From Rhina ancylostomus (taxonomy: Eukaryota), in assembly GCA_030265395.1 (NCBI GenBank), contig JARFYF010000055.1:28204226-28268225 (forward strand): a DNA stretch of 64,000 nucleotides, read 5' to 3'. A program made the translations under genes and the position numbers. The notes beneath the pieces are model-generated. The model was given only the letters and a program-made list of their open reading frames with translations, was not told the origin of the DNA and did no database searches. This document shows, in pieces, positions 13,712 to 26,374 of the stretch. How positions within the stretch are numbered: position 1 is the first letter of the stretch; every line of letters begins with the position of its first letter.

Positions 13712-14430
13712 GAACTGGTCATTGCTGGCAAGGCCAATGTGAATTGCCTATCCTGAATCACCCTTGAAGAGATAGGAGTGAGCCACCAACTGGAACTGCT
13801 GCAGTTGTTATGGTGAAGGTACACGCAACAATATGAAGGGAGTTCCAGGATTTAGACCCAAGTTGGGTAACCTGGGTGATTAACCTGGGTGATTTTTGTC
13901 GGTGATACACACTACAGCTACTGTGCCCTGTTGGTGAAAGGAATGAATGTTTAGGGTTGTAGATATAGGCCAATCTGGCCTACAACGTCAAGCTTCTTGG
14001 GAATTTCTTGAGCTGTACTGATCCAAACAAGTACAGATTATTGCATTACACTCTTGATTTGTGTCCTGGAGATGGTGGAAAGACTTTGAGGCATCAAGTG
14101 GTGAGTTATTCACCACAGAATACCCAGCTTCTGATGTAGTCTTATAGCTGGTCCACTTGAATTTCTACTCCATGGTGATCCTCAGGATACTTTATGTTGA
14201 GGTACTTGGTGGTGACAATACAACTGAATAACAGGGATGGCTGGTGAGACTCTCTCTTGTAAGGGAGGCTCAATGTCTTCCAATTTAGTGATGCAAGTAT
14301 GACTTGCCTGAATCTTGCTGCATGCAAGTACAGCTGTAACCATAAACAAATACATCTAACTGTATGATGAAGGAAGATCATTAAGCAGGTAAAGATGGTT
14401 GGATTACTGTACTGTACTGAGGAACCCCTG
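13712..14430 (-). mobile_element. Old L2/CR1-group LINE 3' region
   Basis: gctggcaaggcc...tgcctatcc...cccttga...gggagttccaggattt; same family as 26375-27110 and 34545-35520. Confidence 0.6.
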
Positions 14431-15349
14431 CAGATGATTGGTCTCCAGTAACAAAGTTAGTCTTGTTCATTAAAATAACTGCAAGAGGGTTCCTACAGAA
14501 GCTTGCCATTTTTCTGGGTCATTTTAACAGAGGTACCAACAACTATTCATATGAAACTTTTAAAATAAAGAAAACAAGGGGTAAGCTCATTGAGAGAAAA
14601 TAATTTTTTTTCAAATGAATGCCGAGGTAAGGAAGGAGATATTTAGACATGATATACAAGCACTTTTTGTCCAGTGGATTTTATTTTAACATTCTTTTTC
14701 CCATACTACTGTGCTCCATTTCCTGCATCTACTTCATTTTGCTTTGTCACCAAGCATCCAATCCACTTGATTCTACCACACCTTCAAAATTATCACCCCT
14801 TGTCTTCCTCCTCCCATAACCAAATCTAGAAAAAAAATTTGACCTTTCCTTTTCTTTTCTTCTCTTAGGGCAAATCTTTGCAGTTAGCCACGGAAAGCAT
14901 GCACACTCTTTGAATCTTCCATTTTTTTGGTAAAATATATGCAAATCCCTGTTGCTCAAGGTTTAAATAGCCATATTCGGATACAGAAATGAAACCTGGT
15001 GTTTCCTCAAGAAAGCAACAAGGGGAGATTACAGGTGCACAGTTAGATGGTAGAAGGATACATTATATATTAAGAAACTAATTAACTGTACTTACTTCAA
15101 ATCTAATGCATTATAAGAACTCAGAATCAAACAGACCAAACCTGCACCCTACATGAATACAGACCATCATGTGGGCTGCATTGAATGTAAGGTGAACATA
15201 ATAGAGCAGATCAATTAATCAGGAAAATAAAACATCTCAACTTCTGCATGCATTATATGCTTTTAATGTTCAGTAAAATGTCAGAAAATTTCCTCCTTTA
15301 TGCAATTTTCTTCATGTCAAATCCTCTGTTGATGGAAATTTCAGAATCA

Positions 15350-15705
15350 TCGTATCACAGAATGACTATAGCAAAGAAGGAAACAATTTGGTTATTGTGT
15401 CCCTGCCAGCTTTCTACCAAAGCAGCTCACTGGTTCTACCCAATCAGTCTTGCAAATTTTTACTAACTAAATATTTATCCAATTTTTTCCTGAGGGCTGC
15501 AGTTGAACCTCCCATCACCAGATCCACCTTCCAGATTCAGCCACATGCTGTGTAAACAAGTTTTTCCTCATGTTTTAATCCTTTCCTCTTTATTTTCTAC
15601 CTTCTAGTCCTCAACCTCTCCAGCAAAGGGAACAGCATCCCACCATCCACTCCTTCCAGTCCTCTCATCAATTTATATACTTACATCATATCTCCCCTCA
15701 GTCTT
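15350..15705 (-). mobile_element. Old CR1 3' fragment
   Basis: ttccagatt...gctgtgtaaacaagtttttcctcat; tctcccctcagtcttct. Confidence 0.5.
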
Positions 15706-16945
15706 CTTACAAATTTGATTGAGCTTTTTTGAGGAGAAGATAAAGGTATTTGATGAGGGTAAGGCAGTGGACATTATGTACATGATCTTTACTAAGGCAT
15801 TTGATAAGGTCCCTCATGGNNNNNNNNNNNNNNNNNNNNNNNNNNNNNNNNNNNNNNNNNNNNNNNNNNNNNNNNNNNNNNNNNNNNNNNNNNNNNNNNN
15901 NNNNNNNNNNNNNNNNNNNNNNNNNNNNNNNNNNNNNNNNNNNNNNNNNNNNNNNNNNNNNNNNNNNNNNNNNNNNNNNNNNNNNNNNNNNNNNNNNNNN
16001 NNNNNNNNNNNNNNNNNNNNNNNNNNNNNNNNNNNNNNNNNNNNNNNNNNNNNNNNNNNNNNNNNNNNNNNNNNNNNNNNNNNNNNNNNNNNNNNNNNNN
16101 NNNNNNNNNNNNNNNNNNNNNNNNNNNNNNNNNNNNNNNNNNNNNNNNNNNNNNNNNNNNNNNNGTGAGGTGGTGCAATTTGAGAGGTCGAATGAAAGGA
16201 GAAACTATAGTTAATTGTATGCCCCTTAATAGCACTGAAGTACGGAGGGATCTTGGGGTACTAGCTCACTGAAAATGGCTACGCAAGTGAATAAGGTGGG
16301 GAAGAAGGCATGTGGCATGCTTGTCTTCATTGTAGAGGTGTTGAATACAAGAGTAAGGAAGTCATGCTGCAGCTATATAAAACTTTAGTCAGACTGCACT
16401 TGGAAGTATTGTGCGTGGTTCGGGTTGCCCCATTATAGGTAGGATTGTGGAAACTGTGGAAAGGGTGCAGAAGAGGTTTACCAGGATGCTGCCTGGATTA
16501 GAGAGGATGAGCTATAAGGAAAGGTTGGACAAACTCAGGTTGTTCTCTCTAGAGTGTTGGAGGCTGAGGGGAAACCTGATAGAGGTTTTTAAAACTATGA
16601 GAAGCAAAGATATGGTAGACAGTCAGAATCTGTTCCCCAGGGTAGAAATATTAAACAACAGAGAACATGCTTTTAAGGCTGGGGGGTCGGGGGAGTTTAA
16701 AGCAGTGATGTGAGGCGGAAGTTCTGTTTTTGCACAGAGAGTGGTAGGTGCCTGTAATGGGTTACCGGGGGTGGTGATGGAAACAAGCAGTTTGGTGGAG
16801 TTTAAAAGGCTTTGAGATAGTCACATGACTATGAAGGGAATGGAGGATGACATATGGATGATACACAGGAAGAGGACATTTAGTATAAATTGGCATCAGG
16901 ATCAGCACAACAGCATGGGCCAAATGGCCTGTCCAGTGCTGCAGT
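15706..16945 (+). mobile_element. CR1 LINE ORF2 3' part (spans a gap)
   Basis: FFEEKIKVFDEGKAVDIMYMIFTKAFDKVPH; ERVQKRFTRMLPGLERMSYKERLDKLRLFSLE..LRGNLIEVFK; 3' tail gggccaaatggcctgt. Confidence 0.9.
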
Positions 16946-16949
16946 GATC

Positions 16950-18245
16950 CATGTTCAAGGTTCTTCTCTTCTCTAACGATAACAGTGCCAGCTTGTCTAA
17001 TCTATCCATTTGGCTGTAGTCTTTCAATCCAGATATCATTTTCATAATCTGTTCTGGATCCCCTCTAATGCCCTTAGTTTCCTATAACGTGGCAACCAGA
17101 ATTACCAGAATTGAACACAATACTCCAGCTAAGGGTTATAAATGTCTTATAAAAGGTTCATCTTATCTGTATATCTGAAGGTAAAGACTTCAGATACAGA
17201 AGAGGCTGNNNNNNNNNNNNNNNNNNNNNNNNNNNNNNNNNNNNNNNNNNNNNNNNNNNNNNNNNNNNNNNNNNNNNNNNNNNNNNNNNNNNNNNNNNNN
17301 NNNNNNNNAGAGGCTGCAGATGCTGGAACCTGGAGCAAAAAAACAAACTGCTGGAGGAGCTCAGCGGGTTGAGCAGCAACTGCCGAGGGGAAGAAACTGT
17401 CTTCAGCTGAAGTCACTGCTTTTATACACTCTCCATTGACAAAGCCCAGAACTGTATATGCTTTAAGTGCTTTCTAAATATGCCCCACCATTTCTAATAA
17501 TTAGGGCACACATATCCCCAAATCCCTCTACATCTGCACCCTTTTTAGAACAATATCCTTTATTCTCTGTCATCTCTCCTCATTCCTCCTACCAAAACAC
17601 ATCACTTCATATTTCTTTGCACTAACTGTCATCTCTATGCAGCTGCCCGTTCCACCAGCCTGTCCATATTCTTCTACAATCTATCACTTTCCCCCTCATA
17701 GCTTATAATACTGTCAAGTTTACTGTCATCTGCAAATTTATAAATCGTGGCTTGCATTTCAAAGTGTAGGTCATTAATATAGATCAACAAGCAGTCACCC
17801 TGGGGAACACCACTCTTCACCTACCTCCAGTATGAAATCAATCATTCACCCATTGTCATCTGTTCCTGAGCCAGCTTTGTATCCACGCTGTCAATGCTCC
17901 CTTTATGCCATGTCCTTCAACTTTGCTAATAAGCCTGTAATGTGACACCTTATCAAAAGTCTGTGTACACTAGATCTACTTCATTACCCTCATCAACTCT
18001 ATTACCTCAATAAAAATTCTATCAAATTGGTTAAACACATTTACCCTTAACAATCCCTGCTGGCTTGTTTTCCCTCTGGGTGGCTATTAATCCTGACCTG
18101 GTTCAATGTTTCCAAAAGTTTTCCCACCAGTGAGGTTAAAAATGAATGGCCTATAAATGCTGAGCTCATGCTTCCTCCCATTTTTGAACATGGGAGTAAC
18201 ATTTGTTGCTCTCCAATCCTCTGGCACCACACCCCATATCCAAAG
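16950..18245 (-). mobile_element. Old CR1 LINE fragment with a Penelope-like terminus inserted at ~17185-17400
   Basis: ccagaattgaacacaatactccagc, gtcatctgcaaatt (reverse FADD), caccttatcaaaag (reverse FDKV); insert gaggctgcagatgctgg...ctgctggaggagctcagcggg. Confidence 0.65.
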
Positions 18246-19692
18246 AATATTAATAGTTAGAATGTTTAATCTATTATATTACCAGCAACAAGTACAAATG
18301 GAGAACCAACAGTTGTGTTACAAGAAATACTTCTTTACAATACTTTTTAATTCAGTCATCTTGAACACTTAGGTGTTTTCAAATAGGATAATTAGAGGCT
18401 AACAAAAGAAATTAAATGCCCGTAACATTATTTATGTAATATTAAATAATGTACTTTTACCTTTGTAACTTGTAATTATTGTTGACATACAATTTCTATT
18501 CTAATAGCAGTTTTCATTGTTCTGGCATGTAACTAATAAAATATGTACAACTTCTATTATAATATATAATCAGTTAGACTCTGTGATTACACTTATTACA
18601 TAACAGTTTTACAATTTCAGTTATTTATAATATGATTACATTTATGAAAAATTAAGTTGTTTTCAGTTCTGTGAATTTCTGTCACAATTCTGATCTGCAA
18701 CCGAGATGCTGTTTTATCTTTCAATAAAAACAAGAAAAATCATTAGTTTTTACTCAAAAGGTTGGATTTTAATAGTATCTAAATTTGCCACCTACCAGAC
18801 TTATGTTGTCACATTAGTTGTTCCAAGCACCAACCCAATTTTGGATGGTAGAACAAAGCAGAGATAATGCTAATCCAGTACTCTTGTTTCTCATGAAATC
18901 TATACATCTTCTCAAGGATGCTGATGTACCCAGGCCTACATAACTTTAACTTTCCACCAACAACAGTAAAGCCTGCACAAAATCCAAACCAAACAATTGC
19001 CATCAGAGAAGGTGAAATACAAAATAAGTTTGCCAGAGCTGAAAAGGAGAAGGTGGAAGAGGATTCAATGAGGATTCAACTTGACTATCTGCTGTAGGTG
19101 GCAAGGCCTATGCAACTTGTCCCTTTCCAACAGGCTTCTGCATTTGGTGGATGTGCAATTTCTGATTGAAAAAAAAATTGTGCATTTGATCGAACACATA
19201 GACAAAGGGAACTCAAGAAATAATGGAATAAGAAGATATGGAAAAGAAGAACCCAAGATAACCAGAGATCATAGACACTGGAGGAAACAGTAAAATACAG
19301 CTGCAGAGATAGGAAACACTCCGTCTAATTTAGAATCACTCCTGCTGTGGAGAGCATGTTTTTTTTAAGATTTTAATAATTGAAGCAGCACCTACTTAAC
19401 AAAAGTGTTTATTTTTACACTAACAAACCGTTTTGGGCAATGTATTTTGTAATACTGGTCATGCATTTTGATTAAAGGATAAGGCTGTTAATACAGATAT
19501 TTTGCCAAGGGTAATGAATGGATATATGAAACACGAGAACTGCAGGAGATAACTTCGAATGGGCAGGTACTGTGACACTGTAAAGAATGCCCACATCTCA
19601 AGTACATGCCCCAACACTAGTCTCATGGTTGCACTTGTGTTTTGCATGGCTCCTAATGTTCTTGAGTTCTTGTTGCCAGGGCAATTGCACAA

Positions 19693-20800
19693 ATTGGTAA
19701 TTGGTTTATTATTGTCACAAATACCAAGATACAGTGAAAACCTTTTATTTGCATGTCATCCAGACATATCATTCCATACACAAGTACATTGAGGTAGTAT
19801 AAAAGGAAAGAAAAAACAAGATGCAGAATATTGTTTTACAGTTACAAGGAAAGTTGCAGTGCAGGTAGACAAATAAAGTGCAAGGGCCATGATGAGGTAG
19901 ATTGAGAGATCAAGAGTTCACCTTTTAGCATACAAGGGAGCTGTTCAAGAGTCTGATAACAGTGGGATAGAACATAAGAACACAAGAAACAGGAGTAGTA
20001 GACCAACTGGCCCATCGAGCCTGCTCTGCCATTCATTAAGACCATGGCTGATCTGGTCGTGGACTCAGCTCCACCTACCTTTTCCCCATAATCCTTAATT
20101 TCCCTACTATGCAAAAATCTGTCCAACAGTGTCCTAAATATTATCGATGAGGTAGTCTCCAGTGCTTCCCTGAGCAGAGAATTCCACAGATTCACTACTC
20201 CCTGGGAAAAGTAGTCCCTCCTCATCTCCATCTTAAATCTACTCCCCTGAATCTCGAGGCTATGTTCCCCAGTTCTAGCTTCACCTACCAGTGGAAACTA
20301 CTTTCTGCCTCTATCTTATCTACCCCTTTCATAATTTTATACGTCTCTATAAGATGCCATCTCATTCTTCTGAATTCCACCGAGTATATTCCCAGGTGGC
20401 TCAACCTCTCCTCATAGGCTAACTCCCTCATCCCTGGAATCAACCTGGTGAACATCCTCTGCAACACCTCAAAAGGCAGTATATCTGTCCTCAAATGAGA
20501 AGACCAGAACTGCATGCAATACTCCAGGTGCGGCCTCACCAGTACTCTGTACAGTTGCAGCATAATCTCCCTGCTCTCAAGTTCAATCCCTCTAGCAATG
20601 AAGGCCAACATTCCATTTGCCTTCTTGATAACTTGTTGCACCTGCAAACCAACCTTTTGCGATTTGTGCACAAGCACTCCCAAGTCCCTCTGCACAACAG
20701 CATCCTGCAATCTTTCACCTGTCCTTGAGGCTGGTGGTATGTGTTCTCAAGCTTGTGTATCTTCTGCCCGATGGGAGGGGGAAAGCAGAGCAGTCCGTGA
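19693..20800 (-). mobile_element. Rex1/Babar 3' fragment split by a CR1 insertion
   Basis: Rex1 reads ...gtgggatagaa| (19972) and resumes |ctgtccttgaggctggtgg (20719); compare the unbroken gatagaagctgt at 40763. Confidence 0.75.
19971..20718 (-). mobile_element. CR1 LINE 3' end nested in Rex1
   Basis: ORF 20285-20710(-) QRDLGVLVHKS..KKANGMLAFIARG..LVRPHLEYCMQFWS; aacataagaa tail. Confidence 0.9.
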
Positions 20801-21309
20801 GCAGTGACTAAGCCTCAAGTGACGGAACCCGAGGCCTTGCTTCAAAATGCCCTGATGACCGACTGACTGCAGGTGTTGGCAAAGGCCTCTTCAACTCTGT
20901 GAATGTCTCTAATGATCAAACTTTTAGAGACAGTTGAAATATTTATTCAAAAAAATGAAGACATTTAAAATTAACTTTCATTAAAATGCATTAAACCACT
21001 GTAATTTAATTGAAACATAAATATAAAAAGCAAAATAAAGTTAAAAAAGAACTGAAGCATTTTAGTAAAGGTTGGTGATCCCATTCAACTGAATGTGATG
21101 CACTTGACGTAAAAGCAGTGGGTGGTGTAAAGCCAAGGGGCCAGATCTTAAGTGGATCTGACCCCTCAGCTCAGAACAATCTAGAATCATGCATGGACAG
21201 TGGTATGTCCAGCAGTGGCGAGAAAAAGCATTTGACCATTGGCAATTATTTTGTTGTGTAATTATGGACATTAAAAGAAAGAAAGGACACTCTCGCATTT
21301 GTGAAATGT

Positions 21310-21780
21310 CTTTCAAGAGATCAGGGTGTTCAAAAGGGGCTTAACAGCCAATGAGGTTTTCTCTTTAAGCGCCACCACTTTGTAACATAGGTAAATATGG
21401 CTGTAAATTTGCATACTGTGAACTGTCACTAACTTCAGGGAGTTAATGACCAGTTAATATGTTTCAGCGATATTGGTTAGGGGATAAGTACTGGCCAAGA
21501 GACATGTGTTGAATGTAACAGGGCCATTGCCAAGCAGATGAATAAAATGGCTCTTAATGGTATCAGTAATGTATACAATTACAATTGGGCAAAATAAGAC
21601 ATTTTTCTCATTGCCTTTCATTTTCTTAATCTAGAGTTCAAAATATAGAACATTCTTGGGTTCCTTCAAATCAAGCTCAGTGACCTTTTATATCTCCACT
21701 AAAAGGCAGTTGGACCTCAGTTGATTTTCTTATCCAAAAGCTGGTATAACCAACAGTGCAACACTCACACAGTACTAACT
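21310..21780 (-). mobile_element. Old Deu-domain SINE (SacSINE1/AmnSINE1-like)
   Basis: acagccaatgag...aatttgcat...ataatgaccag-like tract...ggataagtactggccaag and cttatccaaaag...aacagtgcaacactcacacagtact. Confidence 0.5.
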
Positions 21781-22285
21781 AGAGTCATACAGTCATCGAG
21801 TCATATAGCACAGAGACAGACCCTTCAGCCTACCATATCCATGCTGACCTTGTTGTCCATCTTCAATAATCCCATTTGTCCGCATACAGTCTGTACCTTT
21901 CTATGCCATTCCTATTTAAGTGTCTGTCCAAATGTCTCTTAAAACCCCTTCCTTTCTCTTTAAACCTCTTTTTTTCTAATATGTCTACGGTGGGGAAATT
22001 ATTCTATCTACCCTATCTATGCTCCTATAATTTTATATATCACTATCAGCTCACCCCTCAATTCCCTTTGTTCCAGGGAATGAAAGCCTCGAATACATGC
22101 ATATCCTCTGCACTGTCTCCAATGTAACCACATCCTTCCTATAGTATGGCAACCAGAACTGCACACAATTCTCCACGTGTGGTCTAACCAGTATTTTGTA
22201 AATTTGCAATGTAACATCCCAACTTTTATCTTCTATGCCCTGACCTATGATAGCAAGTATGTCATAAGCCTTCTTCATCACCTTA
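21781..22285 (-). mobile_element. CR1 LINE 3' fragment
   Basis: ORF 22051-22281(-) KKAYDILAIIGQGIEDKSWDVTLQIYKILVRPHVENCVQFW. Confidence 0.85.
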
Positions 22286-23079
22286 ATTTTTTTTAAACTT
22301 GTCCCTAATCCTGTAATTAATGCTAAAACTATAAACCATTTTATTTATCTTTTCATTCCTCAGTTATCACAAAGTACACTGCCAGATATGCTTATTAGTC
22401 TTGCAAGATTATTCATGGGTTTTGCAGATTCATTAAATGTCAGTCATTTTGAGTAATTGTTCATCTTGGGTTATCTCACTCTTACAAGGAAATCAGTCAG
22501 GGTTCAGTAAGTTTAAATAGGCTTGAAACCTGTGTCATAGCGATCAAAAACGGCACTCAAAGCTTTTTCCAAAAGGTGTCAACTCTGTCAATCTCTGTGC
22601 AGGGTCAACAGTTGAGAACCTGGGGAACATTAACAGCACACACAGATCTTTACACTAATGTACTGACCTCCACTTTTTGGGTAAAAATACAGACAATATA
22701 CAATTCTTTCACTTCCTGAAATAAGAGAAACTAGGTTTACGTTTTGATCCTTAGTCAGACAGGAAAGCTGCAAGATGAGCAAGTCCTTTTTGAACCAATC
22801 AAATGAGGCTGGTTGGGAGTTGGAGGAAGCACAGAAAATGACAAGAATGATGTCTGCTGTAATCCTCCAGTCAGTTCAGCCAAGAATACAATATGCTACT
22901 GGCTATTAATGCTTACACTATTTCCATGTCACCATAAAACAAGAAGCTGCAGGATGTTGTGTGCCCGAAATAAAAATAGAAAATACTCATTCAGCAGGTC
23001 AGGCAACATTTGTGTAGAGAGGAACAGAATTAGCATTGTTGATGGTTGACTTTTTAAATCACAACCATGTAACCAAAGT

Positions 23080-23250
23080 TCCTAGGAGTGAATATTGTCT
23101 GTCCTGATTCAACCAGATAGATGCCACAGCCAAGAAAACCCATCAGCACCTCTGCTTCCTCAAGAGGCTAAAGAAATTTGGCATGTCCCCTTTGACACTC
23201 ACTAAATTTTATTGATACACCACAGAAAGCATTCTATCTGGATGCATGCT
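23080..23250 (+). mobile_element. Rex1/Babar internal fragment
   Basis: gatgccacagccaagaaaacccatcagcacctctgcttcctc matches 11521-11570. Confidence 0.75.
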
Positions 23251-23252
23251 TG

Positions 23253-23458
23253 GCAGACATGGTAGTGTAGCGGTTAGCATAATGCTATTACAGCACCAGC
23301 GACCGGGACTCAATTGAAATTAAATGTAAAATTTTATTTACAGCGTGGTAACAGGCCCTTCTGGTCCAATGAGTCCGTGCCGCCCATTTTAAACCCCAAA
23401 TTAACCTACCCGTACGTCTTTAGAATGTGGGAGGAAACCAGAGCACCCGGAGGAAACC
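23253..23458. mobile_element. V-SINE head (+, 23253-23313) joined to the 3' end of an inverted V-SINE (-), cut by a gap
   Basis: ggtagtgtagcggttagcataatgctattacagc A-box head, then cagcgtggtaacaggccc...ggaaaccagagcacccggaggaaacc matching 24365-24460. Confidence 0.7.
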
Positions 23459-24344
23459 NNNNNNNNNNNNNNNNNNNNNNNNNNNNNNNNNNNNNNNNNN
23501 NNNNNNNNNNNNNNNNNNNNNNNNNNNNNNNNNNNNNNNNNNNNNNNNNNNNNNNNNNNNNNNNNNNNNNNNNNNNNNNNNNNNNNNNNNNNNNNNNNNN
23601 NNNNNNNNNNNNNNNNNNNNNNNNNNNNNNNNNNNNNNNNNNNNNNNNNNNNNNNNNNNNNNNNNNNNNNNNNNNNNNNNNNNNNNNNNNNNNNNNNNNN
23701 NNNNNNNNNNNNNNNNNNNNNNNNNNNNNNNNNNNNNNNNNNNNNNNNNNNNNNNNNNNNNNNNNNNNNNNNNNNNNNNNNNNNNNNNNNNNNNNNNNNN
23801 NNNNNNNNNNNNNNNNNNNNNNNNNNNNNNNNNNNNNNNNNNNNNNNNNNNNNNNNNNNNNNNNNNNNNNNNNNNNNNNNNNNNNNNNNNNNNNNNNNNN
23901 NNNNNNNNNNNNNNNNNNNNNNNNNNNNNNNNNNNNNNNNNNNNNNNNNNNNNNNNNNNNNNNNNNNNNNNNNNNNNNNNNNNNNNNNNNNNNNNNNNNN
24001 NNNNNNNNNNNNNNNNNNNNNNNNNNNNNNNNNNNNNNNNNNNNNNNNNNNNNNNNNNNNNNNNNNNNNNNNNNNNNNNNNNNNNNNNNNNNNNNNNNNN
24101 NNNNNNNNNNNNNNNNNNNNNNNNNNNNNNNNNNNNNNNNNNNNNNNNNNNNNNNNNNNNNNNNNNNNNNNNNNNNNNNNNNNNNNNNNNNNNNNNNNNN
24201 NNNNNNNNNNNNNNNNNNNNNNNNNNNNNNNNNNNNNNNNNNNNNNNNNNNNNNNNNNNNNNNNNNNNNNNNNNNNNNNNGCTTACCAGCAAGGGATAAA
24301 TCAACTGTTCCCCCAGTTCCAATGTCAGCTGCAACTAAATACAA

Positions 24345-24570
24345 TTTATTTATTCATTTAATTTACAGTGTGGTAACAGGCCTTTCTGGCCCAACAAGTC
24401 CGTGCTGCCCATTTTAAACGCACATTAATCTACCCGTACGTCTTTGGAATGTGGGAGGACACCCACGCAGACACGGGAGAACGTAAAAACTCCTTACAGA
24501 CAGCGACGGGAATCGAACCCCGATTGCTGCCGCTGTAATAGCGTCACGCTAACCACTACGCTACCGTGCC
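24345..24570 (-). mobile_element. Young tRNA-derived V-SINE with CR1-type tail
   Basis: Minus strand GGCACGG-TAGCGTAGTGG (A box)...GGTTCGATTCC (B box)...V-domain...GGGCCAGAAAGGCCTGTTACC tail. Confidence 0.85.
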
Positions 24571-26140
24571 GGTAAAAGGTGGTAAAAGTCAGACAGTTAT
24601 TCATTTGCAGGAAGCCTATATCTGAGAGACCAATTATTAAGAGTACTCATCAATTACCAAAATTCCCATCTATTATAAATATACTGCAAAACTCTAATAA
24701 TAAAAGCACCTTTGGGACTTCGGTGGTTGCTGGACTGGCAGATTTTCCAAACTACTCAATATTATTCCTGATAATACACCAACATGGTTTAATGTGTCCT
24801 TTTCGATGGTACACAGTAGTATAATAATTTTTCCAGTGAACTAGAAAACTGCTGGAAGAACTCAGTGGGTTTTGCTCCAGGTTCCAGCATTTGCAGTCTC
24901 ATGTTTCCAGTGAACCAGGTGAGTTTAAAATGAGTGCAGGTGGGACTGGGGCACCACTGTTGTTTGAAATGTGCCTGGAAACAGGGCCCTGGTAGCTAGA
25001 TGCCAAACCATCACTTTTTCTGAAATATAGGATAGTGGATTATCAGAGTTTAACTATAACTGTAAAAGAAAACATTATGAAGGCACAAGCAGTAAAAATT
25101 ATAAATTTTGATGGGAATATAGAGAGAATAAAAATAGGATTAGTGTGGATGAGTGGTTGATGGTCAACACAGACTGTGCTGTTACCACTCTCTGTGACTA
25201 TGATGGTCAGAATTTCAGTGTTGTATTGTGAGAGAACTTTATTAAGCATTTACATTTCAGGTTTTAGGAAAGAAAAAATACACACAATCATGTGCACACA
25301 CACATTACACTGACTGTCTGTGGTACAACTCTTGCCCAATATAAAGCCACAGATTCTTGCATCATTAAGTCCATTGGTCTGAATTGGAAAATTCAGATAA
25401 ACTTTTACAAATTTCAGACTTTAATAGCTTTTCTTTTAAAAAGAACAATCACAAAATATAATGTATTTTGCAAGGCAGATAAATTCTAGCTTTCCAATAT
25501 GGATGACTTTTTCTACATCACTGACATACATACTTATCCAAAGTCTAATTATGTTTCAGACAGACAAGTGTGATGCAGAATGTAATGCTCTTAAGATTGA
25601 TTTTTGGTCCCTCAGTGTCATAAACCTAATACTTTTAAGGTAAAAGATTCTCCATTTAATTACAGTATTACAATTTGCATTCTCTCCTGACATATGCTCA
25701 GACACTCTGGAATATTCTGCTTCCAGAGGCAAGCAGCCATTTACTATAGACAGAAACATGACTTGTTATCAAGGATACACAATGCCCCAAGTGAACCATA
25801 GATCTACTTAGTATTAATACGTGCACTGGACTCAGTGAATTACTAAAGAGCCACAATTTTTAAATGAAAATAATGGAGTTATTGCCACTCACTCTTATTT
25901 ATGTATATTTGGAGAGCAGCTCTGCATGATTGAACATAAATACATGGAAGATGCTGTCTGCATTGCCCTTCCATATGTTGTACAAGTGTGATGATCTGCC
26001 ATTTGGCTCCCCACTCAAATGCATTAAATGATATTAGGTTCCTGTAGTGGAATCACAGATATGGACTAAACCATAACAAAATGCTGGACTTGCCCACTCA
26101 GTGTAAACATCAAGTCTTAATAATGCTAAGCTGACAAGAT

Positions 26141-26186
26141 AGTTAATTTATAAATGTGAATGACATTCCACATTTATAAATTAACT
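26141..26186. repeat. Near-perfect 46-bp AT-rich palindrome
   Basis: AGTTAATTTATAAATGTG-aatgacattc-CACATTTATAAATTAACT, 18-bp perfect arms. Confidence 0.9.
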
Positions 26187-26374
26187 TTATAATTGTGAAA
26201 TGTCATTCCTTCAACTTTCAATTATTAAAGATTTTTTCTCAAAAATCTAATTGTAAATTATTTACTTTGGCCTGATTATTTTTATCTGCATCTTAATCCA
26301 ATTGTTATTTTTCTTTATTTTCTTTTCTGTACCCAAGTTCATACCAAACGCATCAGTTTGTTATTTGATCCTGA

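Noticed and set aside
17200-17320. agaggctg repeated on both sides of a 100-N gap
   Set aside because: Most likely contig-end overlap from scaffolding, not a biological TSD
23314-24417. Longest ORFs in the track (up to 367 aa), and similar ones at 15719-16235, 27279-27724 and 50688-51242
   Set aside because: They are long only because they read through N gaps; the real flanks are SINE, LINE or LTR fragments or unique non-coding sequence
24480-24570. tRNA gene (A and B boxes present)
   Set aside because: Continues into a V-domain and LINE-type tail, so it is a SINE head rather than a tRNA
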